The position numbers were made by a program, and so were the translations under genes. 64,000 nt of DNA from an uncultured Candidatus Bathyarchaeia archaeon. GTDB lineage: Archaea; Thermoproteota; Bathyarchaeia; Bathyarchaeales; Bathycorpusculaceae. This document shows positions 48,656-58,351 of this stretch, in pieces; position 1 is the stretch's first letter, and each line of letters starts with the position of its first letter. The stretch covers positions 19,587-83,586 of the forward strand of contig CAZRVS010000006.1 in NCBI GenBank assembly GCA_964603675.1, given 5' to 3'. The notes beneath the pieces were generated by a model. It was not told the origin of the DNA. It did not search any database and was given only the letters and a program-made list of their open reading frames with translations.

Positions 48656-48982
48656 CTACCCTATCTTGAAGCCAAGCAAGAAGGCTACCATGAAGCTCCC
48701 CATAAACGGTATGAGGGATAGCAGACCAATGAACCATGGCGCAAGTTGACCTACAAGACCGAGAAAACCCGTCAATGCGCTCCAAAGGGATTCGTAATTT
48801 ATGCTGATTATTCCACTTGTGCCAAGATATAGCAGAGCAATTATGAATAGGCCTAGTAGAATTATGAGAAGCTTAGTTAATTTCTTGAGCGCATAGCCAA
48901 CTATGAAGCCGCCTACAGCTCCTACACCTAATTGGTAGACAAGTGGTGATATAATTTCGCTCATCGAAGCCTTCCTTTCCAT
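48656..48982 (-). CDS. FUN14-like small membrane protein
   Basis: Three Gly-rich hydrophobic helices (GVGAVGGFIVGYALKK). Confidence 0.45.
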   Translation of the reverse strand: MERKASMSEIISPLVYQLGVGAVGGFIVGYALKKLTKLLIILLGLFIIALLYLGTSGIISINYESLWSALTGFLGLVGQLAPWFIGLLSLIPFMGSFMVAFLLGFKIG

Positions 48983-49083
48983 TATACTAGCAGTACAGTG
49001 TGGTTTAAATGCATTTTGCCCCTTAAAATACTTGAGACATACTAGTAAGGAGGTGAAGAATTACGGACTTAATTGACATATAC

Positions 49084-49314
49084 TTGCTAAATCTGGTGCT
49101 TACTTTGGGCATGTTTGCTGTTTTGATTTTTCGAGCTTGGATTGAACATAGGAACTATCGCATGATGTGGAAAGAACTTGAATGGAAACATACTTACGAA
49201 ACGATGGGGCGCATCTTAAAAGCAGAAAAAGACCTGTTCGCAAAAACGGAAGGCGGCGAAGAATTGTACAAAATATTATGCGAAATTTTCAACGTGGACT
49301 TCGACAGAACCTAG
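49084..49314 (+). CDS. hypothetical small protein
   Basis: 76 aa with one N-terminal hydrophobic helix. Coding status is uncertain. Confidence 0.3.
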   Translation: MLNLVLTLGMFAVLIFRAWIEHRNYRMMWKELEWKHTYETMGRILKAEKDLFAKTEGGEELYKILCEIFNVDFDRT

Positions 49315-50675
49315 GGAAGATGCCAATTTTCAATCAAGCTTTTGATTTTTATGTTGTGTTTCTCCTGTCCGTAACGCCTAAACGGCTTGGTCAGATGCCT
49401 CTGAGACCTCGTTGAAGTAATGTAGAGGCCCTTTCTCATTTCACGTTTCACTATGACTTCGACTTTTCTAAGCTCAGCATGCCTTGAACCACATTTTTCG
49501 CACCTGAAACCTTTGTCCTTTCCCATGGACTTCAATCGTTTACTGCATTTAGGACAAACTGGATTTTGATAGATAGTTTTTCGCGCAAGTTTCAGCAAGC
49601 GTATTTTTTCAAGGTTTATGGTTAAAGGATTGTTATGTGAAGGTTTACGAACACCGCCGTAAACATCCACATAATCTCCTACAATGATTTTGTTTGCAAC
49701 CTTGCGAAGAACGCCCGTGGGTTCATAAGCCGCACAGTCAACTTCTCCAGTTTCATCCCTGACCGAGAAAATCACATGCCTCAACGGAACCATACGCGGA
49801 TTTTTTGAAACAACTCCTTTTGCAATAACCAGATTATACGGTTTTATTTGGCTTAGGTTTTCAGCACGTTTCAGGTGCGCATCTGTCCCCTGATTTGTAC
49901 GGAAAATAACCCATCTTTCTATAGGCTCAAGGGCCTTCACCATTCCGAACGCTTTTTTGACGATTTCTGGTGTTTCCCCTCTTATGCCAAAAAGAATCGG
50001 ATCCGGCCCTCTCGGAGTAATAACGATTCTGCCTTTTTCCAAGTCAACATTGTTAAACGTGTAGGGCTGCGTCACTTCATCCATTTCAAAAATTGAGGTT
50101 TCATCCACTTTTCTTTTCAAGCCGTAGTTTTGCGGAATGCGATACGCGATTATTTCATATGTGTGGTCGCCCTGAAGGGTTTCGCCAATGGCCGCCAAAC
50201 CTCCTATTATCCCTCTGCATTTATTGAAACCTAAAGCTTCAGCTTCAAATTTCTTTATCAGCTTTAGTGCTTCTTTTAGGGTTACGATCCCAGTTATCGC
50301 GTTCCCAGCAAAAACTTCCACTTGTTTTGGAATTTCCGCTTTTTTGAAGAAAACTATTCCTGGATCTGTTCCTCTGAACTCCAAATCTGCTTGCTCTTCC
50401 ACAGCGTCTACCGCAATTTGTTTTATCTCATCTTCAAAGTCTTCTTTGTATTGGAATCTTAGGCATAATGCGCCATTCCCTCGTGTTTTCCACGGCACGT
50501 TGGGATTCAATCTAATCAAGTTCGGGTAGTCTATGAACTTGACATTTAGTTTTTGTAATCTTTCCACGAGGATAGCAGCAACGTAAGTTGTGCATCCTTT
50601 TCTCGTGGAATCTGTGTCGTCCAGTCCTATGTGCATCGTTTTCATGGTTATCAATGGCAACCTGTTCTTTGACAA
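49311..50675 (-). CDS. tiaS: tRNA(Ile2) 2-agmatinylcytidine synthetase
   Basis: MHIGLDDTDS onset, an OB-like middle domain and a C-terminal zinc ribbon (CPKCSKRL ... CEKCG). The start is probably Met at 50645 or 50636. Confidence 0.88.
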   Translation of the reverse strand: MSKNRLPLITMKTMHIGLDDTDSTRKGCTTYVAAILVERLQKLNVKFIDYPNLIRLNPNVPWKTRGNGALCLRFQYKEDFEDEIKQIAVDAVEEQADLEFRGTDPGIVFFKKAEIPKQVEVFAGNAITGIVTLKEALKLIKKFEAEALGFNKCRGIIGGLAAIGETLQGDHTYEIIAYRIPQNYGLKRKVDETSIFEMDEVTQPYTFNNVDLEKGRIVITPRGPDPILFGIRGETPEIVKKAFGMVKALEPIERWVIFRTNQGTDAHLKRAENLSQIKPYNLVIAKGVVSKNPRMVPLRHVIFSVRDETGEVDCAAYEPTGVLRKVANKIIVGDYVDVYGGVRKPSHNNPLTINLEKIRLLKLARKTIYQNPVCPKCSKRLKSMGKDKGFRCEKCGSRHAELRKVEVIVKREMRKGLYITSTRSQRHLTKPFRRYGQEKHNIKIKSLIENWHLP

Positions 50676-50894
50676 GTTTAGAGATTAGACTTTGAAGGAT
50701 AAAAAAGATAAATATTTAGCCAACTCAAAATAGGTTGCTACTAATCCAGAGATGCGTTTTCTTTAATGTTAACGCAAATTTTGGATTGGCGAGCATTAAT
50801 GCTGCAGAGCATGTTCAAGGTCAAGTATCACGATATTATGAGAGAAAGAAATAAAGATGTTGACACCAGTGAAAAGGTTATTGTACCTTGAGTC

Positions 50895-51962
50895 GTGGTT
50901 CTCATGCTATCTCTCAAAATAACATGTTCAGCTTTTTCTTTTGTTTTCCTGGCCCTACTACTTACCAACATTGGTTACTCAGCTACACAGATTACGGTAG
51001 AATACCTCTATTGGGACCCAAGCACGGAGCCTAACTACTGCGATACTTGTCCTTCTTGGGGTACGCTCTATTTCGATTTCATCAATAAGAACAAGACTGT
51101 AACACGTGTTAGCATCTACTATGCTGGAAGAGCCACTTTTGAATGGGTTGATATAACATCAGCTGATGGCATTGCAAGAAAACAATTGTATAATGTTAGC
51201 TCTCCAAACTCGTTGGTTATTAACAGTGAGTATAGGCTGGAAGGCAGCTTCAGTGAAACCACAGTAAAACAAGCAATTGACGCCACATTAGAAGGTTTAG
51301 CACCATCAAATTCAGCACCAACGAACCTCTTGCCTACTATAGCGCTGGCCTTCTCATTTGGTTTTTTTGAGACTTTTTCGCCTTGCCTAATCGCATTGTT
51401 ATCATTCGTGCTGAGCTATAGTATAGGAAAAGATCCCAATTTGCTTTACAATTTCTCAAAAGTCATGCTTTTTGGAGTTGGATTCGTTGTTGCAGCTTTG
51501 ATCGTGGGCCTATCGATGGGATTAACGTTTCTTTCTTTTCAGCCGCTAAACACAATTTCGATGTGGTTAATCTGTATATTTGCCCTCTTTTTTGGCATCA
51601 ACATGATCGGTATCTTTAAAACACCACTCGAAACCAAGCCTCTATTGCGAAAGATTGCAAAAAAGCATGCCTTCACTTTGAGCGGTCTCTTGTTTCTTGG
51701 TTTCATCTTCTATTTCCTTGATCCATGCGTTGCTCCTTTCTTCTTTGCTGCTCTACCTATTCTAGCCGCTAAAGCCTTACCCATCGTTGTCTTATTCTTC
51801 TGTTTGGGAGTTGTTATTCCATTCTTTTTTATGGGGCTTCTCGCAGGGTACATGTCAAGACTTGCTAGGCTAAGTTACAAGCATAAATCTACGATTCGTG
51901 TTATAAGCGGTTTGATATTAATCTCTTATGCTTTCTACATTATTCTTTTCCATATTATGTAA
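50895..51962 (+). CDS. CcdA/DsbD-family thiol-disulfide transmembrane protein with an N-terminal CxxC ectodomain
   Basis: The TM core has FSPCLIALL and FLDPCVAPFF (paired PC motifs). The ~140-aa N-terminal exported domain contains CDTC. Confidence 0.65.
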   Translation: MVLMLSLKITCSAFSFVFLALLLTNIGYSATQITVEYLYWDPSTEPNYCDTCPSWGTLYFDFINKNKTVTRVSIYYAGRATFEWVDITSADGIARKQLYNVSSPNSLVINSEYRLEGSFSETTVKQAIDATLEGLAPSNSAPTNLLPTIALAFSFGFFETFSPCLIALLSFVLSYSIGKDPNLLYNFSKVMLFGVGFVVAALIVGLSMGLTFLSFQPLNTISMWLICIFALFFGINMIGIFKTPLETKPLLRKIAKKHAFTLSGLLFLGFIFYFLDPCVAPFFFAALPILAAKALPIVVLFFCLGVVIPFFFMGLLAGYMSRLARLSYKHKSTIRVISGLILISYAFYIILFHIM

Positions 51963-52024
51963 AAGGCGCACTTTGTGCTTCTCTAAATTTATTGGCATTC
52001 CTTTGGAAAATGGAAAAAAGAGGT

Positions 52025-53431
52025 TTAAATGGGGACGTTTGCTTTTAGTTCTTCCCATTTAGTGACATAGTAGTCATTGTTGTCAGGCATATCGGGTCCT
52101 ATGAGATACCTTGTAGTTTGGAGTTTCTCATCAACCGAGCCCAAATCTCTCAGGTTGCCTTTTGAGTTAGGCGTTCCTGTTCGAGGTTGCTCTCCAGTCC
52201 AGAAATGTCGGAAATATACATCTGGTAAGAATAGACCTTGTTGTAGTCTCTCTGTTAATGAAGCGTATTCTGGATTGTCCGGAAAGACCTCTGACATTAT
52301 GTCTGAGATTGGGGTGTACGTGGCTTTGCCTAAGAAGAACCAGTTGTAGAATTCTTCTCCCATAGAGTTTTTGTAGTCATCCCATTTCCACGCTGGTGAA
52401 GGATAACCTTGCTTAGTGTAGAGAAGCTGCATCCATAGAGATAGCATCCAGTTCATCAACTGATACATATCTTCCAATGCGTCGGTATTGCAGTCTTTAC
52501 TTATATACTGTGCATTGAACCAGACATATGGTCCATTCTGGAGGGCTGCATAATAAGCTGGAACCCCAGCCTTTCTCGTATCGAAACATACGGGTTGCCA
52601 TGTGCTCGCTAGATAGACCTCTTTTGCGCTGAGTAAGTTTACGATGTCGCCATATTTTGACCAGTATGCTCGTATTTGCCCGCTTTTGATGATGGGTAGT
52701 AAGAAATTGTAGACCTGATCAACCTCTTCGTTCGTGAGATTTGATAGCGCCCCTGATACTGATACTTGCCCCGTAGCGTCTAGCTCATTTACCACTTCAC
52801 TAAAGGTCTGGTACCCCTCGTCTTGAAGTCCCGCTCTATCCTTCCACTCAGCATCCCATAGTTCAGAAAATGATATGCTCTTCTGTGCGCCATGCTCCTC
52901 ATACGGTAGGAACTCAGGCAGATATGTCACCGAATCAAAATTCCACATTACTGGCACGCAAATCAGCGATTTGCCCTTCTCATACCACAGTAGCGAATCG
53001 AATCGTTCTGCCTGAGCCGTTTCAAGGTACTTCCCTGCGTCGTTAAAGAAATCGAGCACTTTGTCGGATTGCCATCTCGGAATCTTCTCTATTGGTATGG
53101 GCCTTAGATTATTAGTTGTGACGAGCGGTCGGTGTCTGCAGCTGCTTCCGAAATCCCAGCTGCCCATCTCGGATATTTGTCTATTTGGGAGAATGAAACA
53201 TTCGTCTAAGGTTGCGTCTATTTCTTGTCCAGTTTGAGCCTTCCATTCCTCAATACCCTCTTGAGGCAAATGGAATGGGTAACCTAAAAACCTTAGATTT
53301 GGCTTTGGTTTTGGACCGGTTGTTGACATATACCAGTATGTTCCTCCTGCAACAATAGCTGCACCTACAATGCCGCCTGCAACATATTTCAGATACTTTC
53401 TCCTCGACATCTCCTCTGACAAGTATTTCAC
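52025..53431 (-). CDS. extracellular solute-binding protein (ABC-type), Tat-like signal
   Basis: SRRKYLKYVAGGIVGAAIVAGG leader, with size and composition typical of a family-1 SBP. No cognate permease or ATPase is adjacent. Confidence 0.6.
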   Translation of the reverse strand: MKYLSEEMSRRKYLKYVAGGIVGAAIVAGGTYWYMSTTGPKPKPNLRFLGYPFHLPQEGIEEWKAQTGQEIDATLDECFILPNRQISEMGSWDFGSSCRHRPLVTTNNLRPIPIEKIPRWQSDKVLDFFNDAGKYLETAQAERFDSLLWYEKGKSLICVPVMWNFDSVTYLPEFLPYEEHGAQKSISFSELWDAEWKDRAGLQDEGYQTFSEVVNELDATGQVSVSGALSNLTNEEVDQVYNFLLPIIKSGQIRAYWSKYGDIVNLLSAKEVYLASTWQPVCFDTRKAGVPAYYAALQNGPYVWFNAQYISKDCNTDALEDMYQLMNWMLSLWMQLLYTKQGYPSPAWKWDDYKNSMGEEFYNWFFLGKATYTPISDIMSEVFPDNPEYASLTERLQQGLFLPDVYFRHFWTGEQPRTGTPNSKGNLRDLGSVDEKLQTTRYLIGPDMPDNNDYYVTKWEELKANVPI

Positions 53432-54297
53432 CTAGTCTGCCACAGATTGCCAAGGGGTGATATTTTAAGTTTTTGAATAATTGTATTCAGCAATTCAAAC
53501 GTCATTCTACTCTTTGGCTAGTATGCCCTGTTCCATGAGCCGTTGTTTAGGTATTTTCCCCGTTTGCTTATCCCATCTGTGCAATTCATAGCATTGATTC
53601 ACTCCAAGGCATCGGCCTTGGTCTAAAACAAGAAGTTGATCTCCCTTACTCTTCTGTGACAAGTATCCTTAATTTTGAGTTAACCTTGCCTATCTTCTCA
53701 ATTTTTCGAGTTATGGTCTCCCTTAAGCTTGTCCTAAGTGTCTGCCTTGATGCTTGCAATTTCGAAGTTGGATTTTGAGGTTTAGGCGCCTCTCCACATT
53801 ACGGGGAAACAAAAATTAAATGTGGTTTTCTAAACCCCTCCATCCAACCTTCTAAAAAGTCGCGTGCACCTGCCAATAGTGAGAGTTTCTGATCCAGAAA
53901 GCGTTCTATTGAAGACACCCGGCGACATCTTCAATGTAGTTCCTTTCATGCCCTCACCACTTTTGGGCGCACATTTTTTTATCGTATTTAAAAAAATTTA
54001 AGCCTATGTGACTGTTTCACCACAGTAACAATTATGGCTGAAGGCGTTGTAGCTTTAGGTTTGTCTGTGGTGGGTTGATATGTTCTCATCTCGATTGCTT
54101 CAAAGGTAACGGTTCGTGATTCGTTCAAAACAAGAATACTTGATGAGCCTTTGCAAGGATCATTTAAAATATGGACGTTCTTCCAGCAAGGTTCTAGCTT
54201 ACCCGTATCTAAAGTGATTCAGTATTTTTCACCAGCCTACATTGGGCTTAAGATATCAGAATTACTACGTATTAATTTTAAAGACGAAAAATCAGTT

Positions 54298-54402
54298 TTA
54301 CAATAGCTCTGTTTTTGCATAATGTTTTCTGGCGTGGAGTTCTAGTTCTCTACAGTTTCGGAATGTGTTACCACACCAAGGACATTCAAACTTGTCGCTC
54401 AT
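54298..54402 (-). CDS. 34-aa C2H2 zinc-finger mini-protein
   Basis: Not in the ORF track because it is under 60 aa. Sequence MSDKFECPWCGNTFRNCRELELHARKHYAKTELL has a CxxC-x12-HxxxH pattern. GGGTGA lies 4 nt before the ATG and TTTAAAAAA about 35 nt upstream. Confidence 0.5.
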   Translation of the reverse strand: MSDKFECPWCGNTFRNCRELELHARKHYAKTELL

Positions 54403-54507
54403 GACTTCACCCATAATCGGTAAGTGTGAACAGTTTTTTAAAGTTGTGTGGCTGTAGTATAACAGTCACAGTACGATTTAATTTTTCAGATGATACTCTT
54501 CGAAAAA

Positions 54508-54568
54508 GAAGGGTTTCACGGGGGTCAAGGATAAAGAAGAGGGTTTCAAGTGGTGGAGTTATAAAGAA
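54508..54568. repeat. imperfect 30/31-bp tandem duplication
   Basis: GAAGGGTTTCACGGGGGTCAAGGATAAAGAA is followed by GAGGGTTTCAAGTGGTGGAGTTATAAAGAA. It sits between the Lrp-like gene stop and the C2H2 mini-ORF promoter. Confidence 0.5.
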
Positions 54569-54590
54569 AGGGAAAAATTGGGTACAGCTG

Positions 54591-54827
54591 CTATTTTTCC
54601 TCTACAACGATCATGGTTAATGTTGAGCGGACCTTGTCGAGTCTTCGAATCCGCCATGTCACTATTTCCTTCAGTTTATCCATGGTGTCTGCCTTAACCC
54701 TTGCAACTATGTCATAGACTCCGTAAACAGCGTGCGCTTCCTCAACGCCCTCAACTTTCTTCAAGTCTTTCAGAACATCTGCTTCAGAACCAATTTCCGT
54801 GTTTATCAACACAAATGCTGTTGGCAT
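54591..54827 (-). CDS. stand-alone Lrp/AsnC ligand-binding (RAM) domain protein
   Basis: 78 aa: AFVLINTEIGSEADVLKDLKKVEGVEEAHAVYGVYDIVARV. Confidence 0.85.
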   Translation of the reverse strand: MPTAFVLINTEIGSEADVLKDLKKVEGVEEAHAVYGVYDIVARVKADTMDKLKEIVTWRIRRLDKVRSTLTMIVVEEK

Positions 54828-55154
54828 TCAAATTCCTCAAGTATTGTTCTCTTCTTGTGAATTAAAATGTTTTTCTGCCCTATTGCAAAATTAGCAACGC
54901 AAATTGAAAAATTTCCATGTGAAGCAACGTTTGTGGAATGCGGAGAAGTGGAGGAGGCGGGCCCTATCGGCGCAGAAAAAAGCCAAAAACAGTTCTCCGG
55001 TTCCAGAGCCTCAAAAAAACGATGGGGGGTTATTTCCACAGTCGAAAAGGCCCCTAGGTTGAGGTTTACTTATGTTAGCCTTCGCTTGAAGCTTGTCGCT
55101 TTCATGGATAGGCTTATCTTCTTTTTCTAAGCATTAGATTGTTGGGGTTTAGGT

Positions 55155-56693
55155 ATGCAATCGCAAGATTACGTTACGAGTCGTGAGATGCGCGCGGTGG
55201 AGATTAACGCGGAGTACTATGGAGTTTCTCAGCTTCAATTTATGGAAAACGCTGGGCGCAACGTAGCTCTCGAAATCGCTGCTAGATTTGGACCCGACAA
55301 GACGATTGTCATTTTTTGCGGTTTAGGCGGAAACGGCGGCGACGGTTTCGTAATTGCAAGACACTTGTCATCAATGGGCTTCAAAGTCACGGTTATCCTA
55401 GCAGGAAAAGGCAAGGAAATCTCTCATAAGGCAGCCTTGAAAAACTGGTGTTCCATTCAGTTCTTAAAAGAAAGTATTTCCATTTACGAAGTTGATGATA
55501 GTTCTAGACTACCCTCGGTAGTAGGGGAAATTTGTGTTGATGCACTTCTTGGGACAGGCACAAAAGGGAAACTGAAACCACCGATCCTGCAATTAGTTGA
55601 AAGAATTAACGCTCTAAATGCTTTCAAAGTGGCAGTTGATGTCCCCTCGGGAATAGATTCGGACACCGGAGAAGTTTTAGGCAATGCTGTGAGAGCAAAC
55701 ATGACAATCACATTTTACAAAGCAAAAAAGGGATTGGAAAACGCTAGAGACTACGTAGGAGAACTGATCGTAAAGGACATAGGCTTGCCCAAGGAATTGG
55801 AAAGATATTCTGGACCAGGAGACGTTTCACTGGTGACGAAAACGCGTCCGTCGGAATCTCATAAGGGCGATTTTGGACGCTTATTAGTTGTGGGAGGAAG
55901 CGAAGTTTTCTCTGGGGCACCAACGTTGGTTTCTTTGGCGGCTTTGCGCACAGGTGTTGACATTGCGTATCTTGCGGCTCCATCGAAAACTTCATACGCC
56001 ATCGCTTCCATCTCGCCCAACCTAATAACTCTAAAGCTTGAGGGTGAACATCTAAATACGAACAACTTGCCCAGTTTAAAGCCATACATAGGATTGGTCG
56101 ATGCTGTCGCCTTGGGACCTGGCATTGGTTTGCATTCTGAAACAAAGGAATTCGTCAAGATCTTTATTGATGCAGTTGAAAGCGCTGGAAAGCCTTTGCT
56201 TTTGGACGCAGACGGTCTAAAGGCCTTCGCAGAATTTAAAAAGCCACTAAATATTCCCTTGGTTCTTACACCCCACGCGGGAGAATACGCGATACTCACT
56301 AGCAAGATGCCGCCTGAGAATTTCGGTGAGCGAGTTTTTGATGTGCAAAAAACAGCGACGGAGCTAGGCGCCGTAATATTGATGAAGGGTCCAGTAGACT
56401 TGATTTCTGATGGGAGAAGAGTCAAGCTTAATTTTACTGGTAACGCTGGAATGACTGTCGGAGGCACAGGTGATGTGCTCTCAGGAATTGTCAGTGCTTT
56501 TCTATCGCAGAAGATTGATCCGTTTGAAGCGGCGGTTGCAGGGGCTTTTGTTAACGGTGCCGCTGGAGATTTTGTTTTTGAAGATGTTGGTTTTCACATG
56601 ATGGCCACCGACCTCATTGATTGGATTCCGCATGTGCTAGATGATCCTATGAGCCATCTGAAGGTGCAAAAATCAAGTGCAAAGACTGCCTAG
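55155..56693 (+). CDS. nnr: bifunctional NAD(P)H-hydrate repair enzyme (epimerase / ADP-dependent dehydratase)
   Basis: N-terminal YjeF_N (GLGGNGGDG) and C-terminal carbohydrate-kinase domain (HKGDFGRLLVVGGS ... GGTGDVLSG). Confidence 0.92.
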   Translation: MQSQDYVTSREMRAVEINAEYYGVSQLQFMENAGRNVALEIAARFGPDKTIVIFCGLGGNGGDGFVIARHLSSMGFKVTVILAGKGKEISHKAALKNWCSIQFLKESISIYEVDDSSRLPSVVGEICVDALLGTGTKGKLKPPILQLVERINALNAFKVAVDVPSGIDSDTGEVLGNAVRANMTITFYKAKKGLENARDYVGELIVKDIGLPKELERYSGPGDVSLVTKTRPSESHKGDFGRLLVVGGSEVFSGAPTLVSLAALRTGVDIAYLAAPSKTSYAIASISPNLITLKLEGEHLNTNNLPSLKPYIGLVDAVALGPGIGLHSETKEFVKIFIDAVESAGKPLLLDADGLKAFAEFKKPLNIPLVLTPHAGEYAILTSKMPPENFGERVFDVQKTATELGAVILMKGPVDLISDGRRVKLNFTGNAGMTVGGTGDVLSGIVSAFLSQKIDPFEAAVAGAFVNGAAGDFVFEDVGFHMMATDLIDWIPHVLDDPMSHLKVQKSSAKTA

Positions 56694-57207
56694 GATCACT
56701 ATTTACCATGCAAGACAGTGCGATCCGAAAAAATGCACGGGTTTAAGACTTAAACGTCGGGGGCTGGTGAGATTGGTGAGTCAAATGAAGTTGTTGCCAA
56801 GAAGAGCTGTTGTGCTTAATCCTTTTTCGGAAATTGCTTTTTCGCCTGCTGACAGGCAACGTATGGAAGACTTTGGGCTGGTTGCCTTGGATTGTAGTTG
56901 GGAACACGCCGAGAAAGTTCTGCTAAAACGTGTGAGAGGAACTTCCCGTTGTTTGCCTATTTTAATCGCTGGCAACCCTGTTAATTTTGGCAAGCCAACC
57001 AAACTTACCACGGTCGAAGCTTTGGCTGCGGCCTTTTACATCGCTGGGTTTAAAGAAGAAGCCGTTAAATTACTGTCCATTTTCAAGTGGGGACACACTT
57101 TTATAGAAATAAATCGTGAAATGCTCGAGAACTATGCAACCGCGGAGGATAGTTCTGAGATAATAAGAATACAAAGCACTTTGATTGAAAAAACAGAAAA
57201 GCTGTAG
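56677..57207 (+). CDS. tsr3: 16S rRNA aminocarboxypropyltransferase Tsr3
   Basis: ITIYHARQCDPKKCTG onset and LDCSWEHAE are characteristic of Tsr3/DUF367. It overlaps the nnr stop. Confidence 0.88.
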   Translation: MQRLPRITIYHARQCDPKKCTGLRLKRRGLVRLVSQMKLLPRRAVVLNPFSEIAFSPADRQRMEDFGLVALDCSWEHAEKVLLKRVRGTSRCLPILIAGNPVNFGKPTKLTTVEALAAAFYIAGFKEEAVKLLSIFKWGHTFIEINREMLENYATAEDSSEIIRIQSTLIEKTEKL

Positions 57208-57219
57208 GGAAGATGCAAC

Positions 57220-57684
57220 GTGTCTTCAGAGGATTTGAAGAAATACCTTGAAAAAATAGGCGTTGATGCGAAATTTTTCAAATTTGAAGAGCACACTATG
57301 ACAGTGGACGCTGCTGCGAGTCGCCTGCGCATTGCTCGCGAAAAAATAATCAAAAGCATTCTTTTTATTGACAATTCTGGTCGGCCTGTATTAGCCATAG
57401 TGACAGGAGACAGTAAGGTAGACGAATGGAAACTTGCAAAAGTCTGTGGGGCTCAGAAAGTCAGAAGGGCAAACGCGGCTGAAGTAAAAGAATTCACTGG
57501 GTACGAGGTTGGCCCGGTTTCACCAATTCATCCTAAAAAGCAGGTAAAAACTTTTGTAGACCGGAAAGTTATGCGCTTTGGCATGGTAGTGGGGGGCGGT
57601 GGAGAAATAAATGCGCTTCTTGAAATAGGAACTGGCGATCTAAGAAGACTGACAAATTGTGAGGTCAATGATATAGGAACGTGA
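57220..57684 (+). CDS. YbaK/ProX-type aminoacyl-tRNA deacylase
   Basis: IKSILFID ... PVLAIVTGDSKVD ... TGYEVGPVSPI. Confidence 0.85.
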   Translation: MSSEDLKKYLEKIGVDAKFFKFEEHTMTVDAAASRLRIAREKIIKSILFIDNSGRPVLAIVTGDSKVDEWKLAKVCGAQKVRRANAAEVKEFTGYEVGPVSPIHPKKQVKTFVDRKVMRFGMVVGGGGEINALLEIGTGDLRRLTNCEVNDIGT

Positions 57685-58331
57685 AGGCTGTGGAACCCAC
57701 AATCATCACCGATTTCTATTTGTTTCTGATATCAGTCATTATCATATCCTTGTCAGGCGTCATGACGCCGGGTCCGCTTCTTGCGGTGACAATTGACAAA
57801 GCTTCTAAAAGCAAGACTGTTGGTCCTTTAGTCGCTTTTGGTCATGGAGTAATAGAGTTTCCATTGATGTTTCTCATTTATTTTGGTTTCACTCAGTTTT
57901 TGGCCCCAGAAACTGCCCAAGTAAGTGTAGGGCTGGTTGGTGGTTTACTAATGGTTTACATGGGTATTGAAACTTTTAGAAAAAGAAACAAAACAAACCA
58001 AAAATATGAAAGTTCAAAGCATGGCTCCTTAATTGCGGGGGTTCTAGCGACGGGTGGGAACCCCTTCTTTTTAGTATGGTGGTTAACAATTGGCACTGCT
58101 CTGGTGATAAATGCCAAGCTCTTCGGTTTCATGGGTTTTTCAATATTTGCTGTGACCCACTGGTTCTGTGACTTTCTATGGTACACTTTTGTGGCTCAAA
58201 TAGTTTTCAAGACACAGCGTTTCTGGACCAAGAAAGTGAATCTTGTGATAACTATCTTCTGCTTTGCCGTTTTAGTGGGATTTGGAGTATGGTTTGTTAG
58301 TTCAGCATTGTGGATGCTCATCTCTGTGTAG
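57681..58331 (+). CDS. LysE family transporter
   Basis: Six TM helices with a TPGP motif near the N-terminus. It overlaps the preceding stop (GTGA). Confidence 0.8.
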   Translation: MKAVEPTIITDFYLFLISVIIISLSGVMTPGPLLAVTIDKASKSKTVGPLVAFGHGVIEFPLMFLIYFGFTQFLAPETAQVSVGLVGGLLMVYMGIETFRKRNKTNQKYESSKHGSLIAGVLATGGNPFFLVWWLTIGTALVINAKLFGFMGFSIFAVTHWFCDFLWYTFVAQIVFKTQRFWTKKVNLVITIFCFAVLVGFGVWFVSSALWMLISV

Positions 58332-58351
58332 GTATAAAAGAGGTTGAAAAT

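Noticed and set aside
54007-54470. 10-bp inverted repeat (TGTGACTGTT / AACAGTCACA) flanking the C2H2 mini-ORF, considered as MITE-like ends
   Set aside because: Dozens of 10-bp inverted matches within 500 bp are expected by chance in 64 kb. There are no target-site duplications and no extended terminal similarity.
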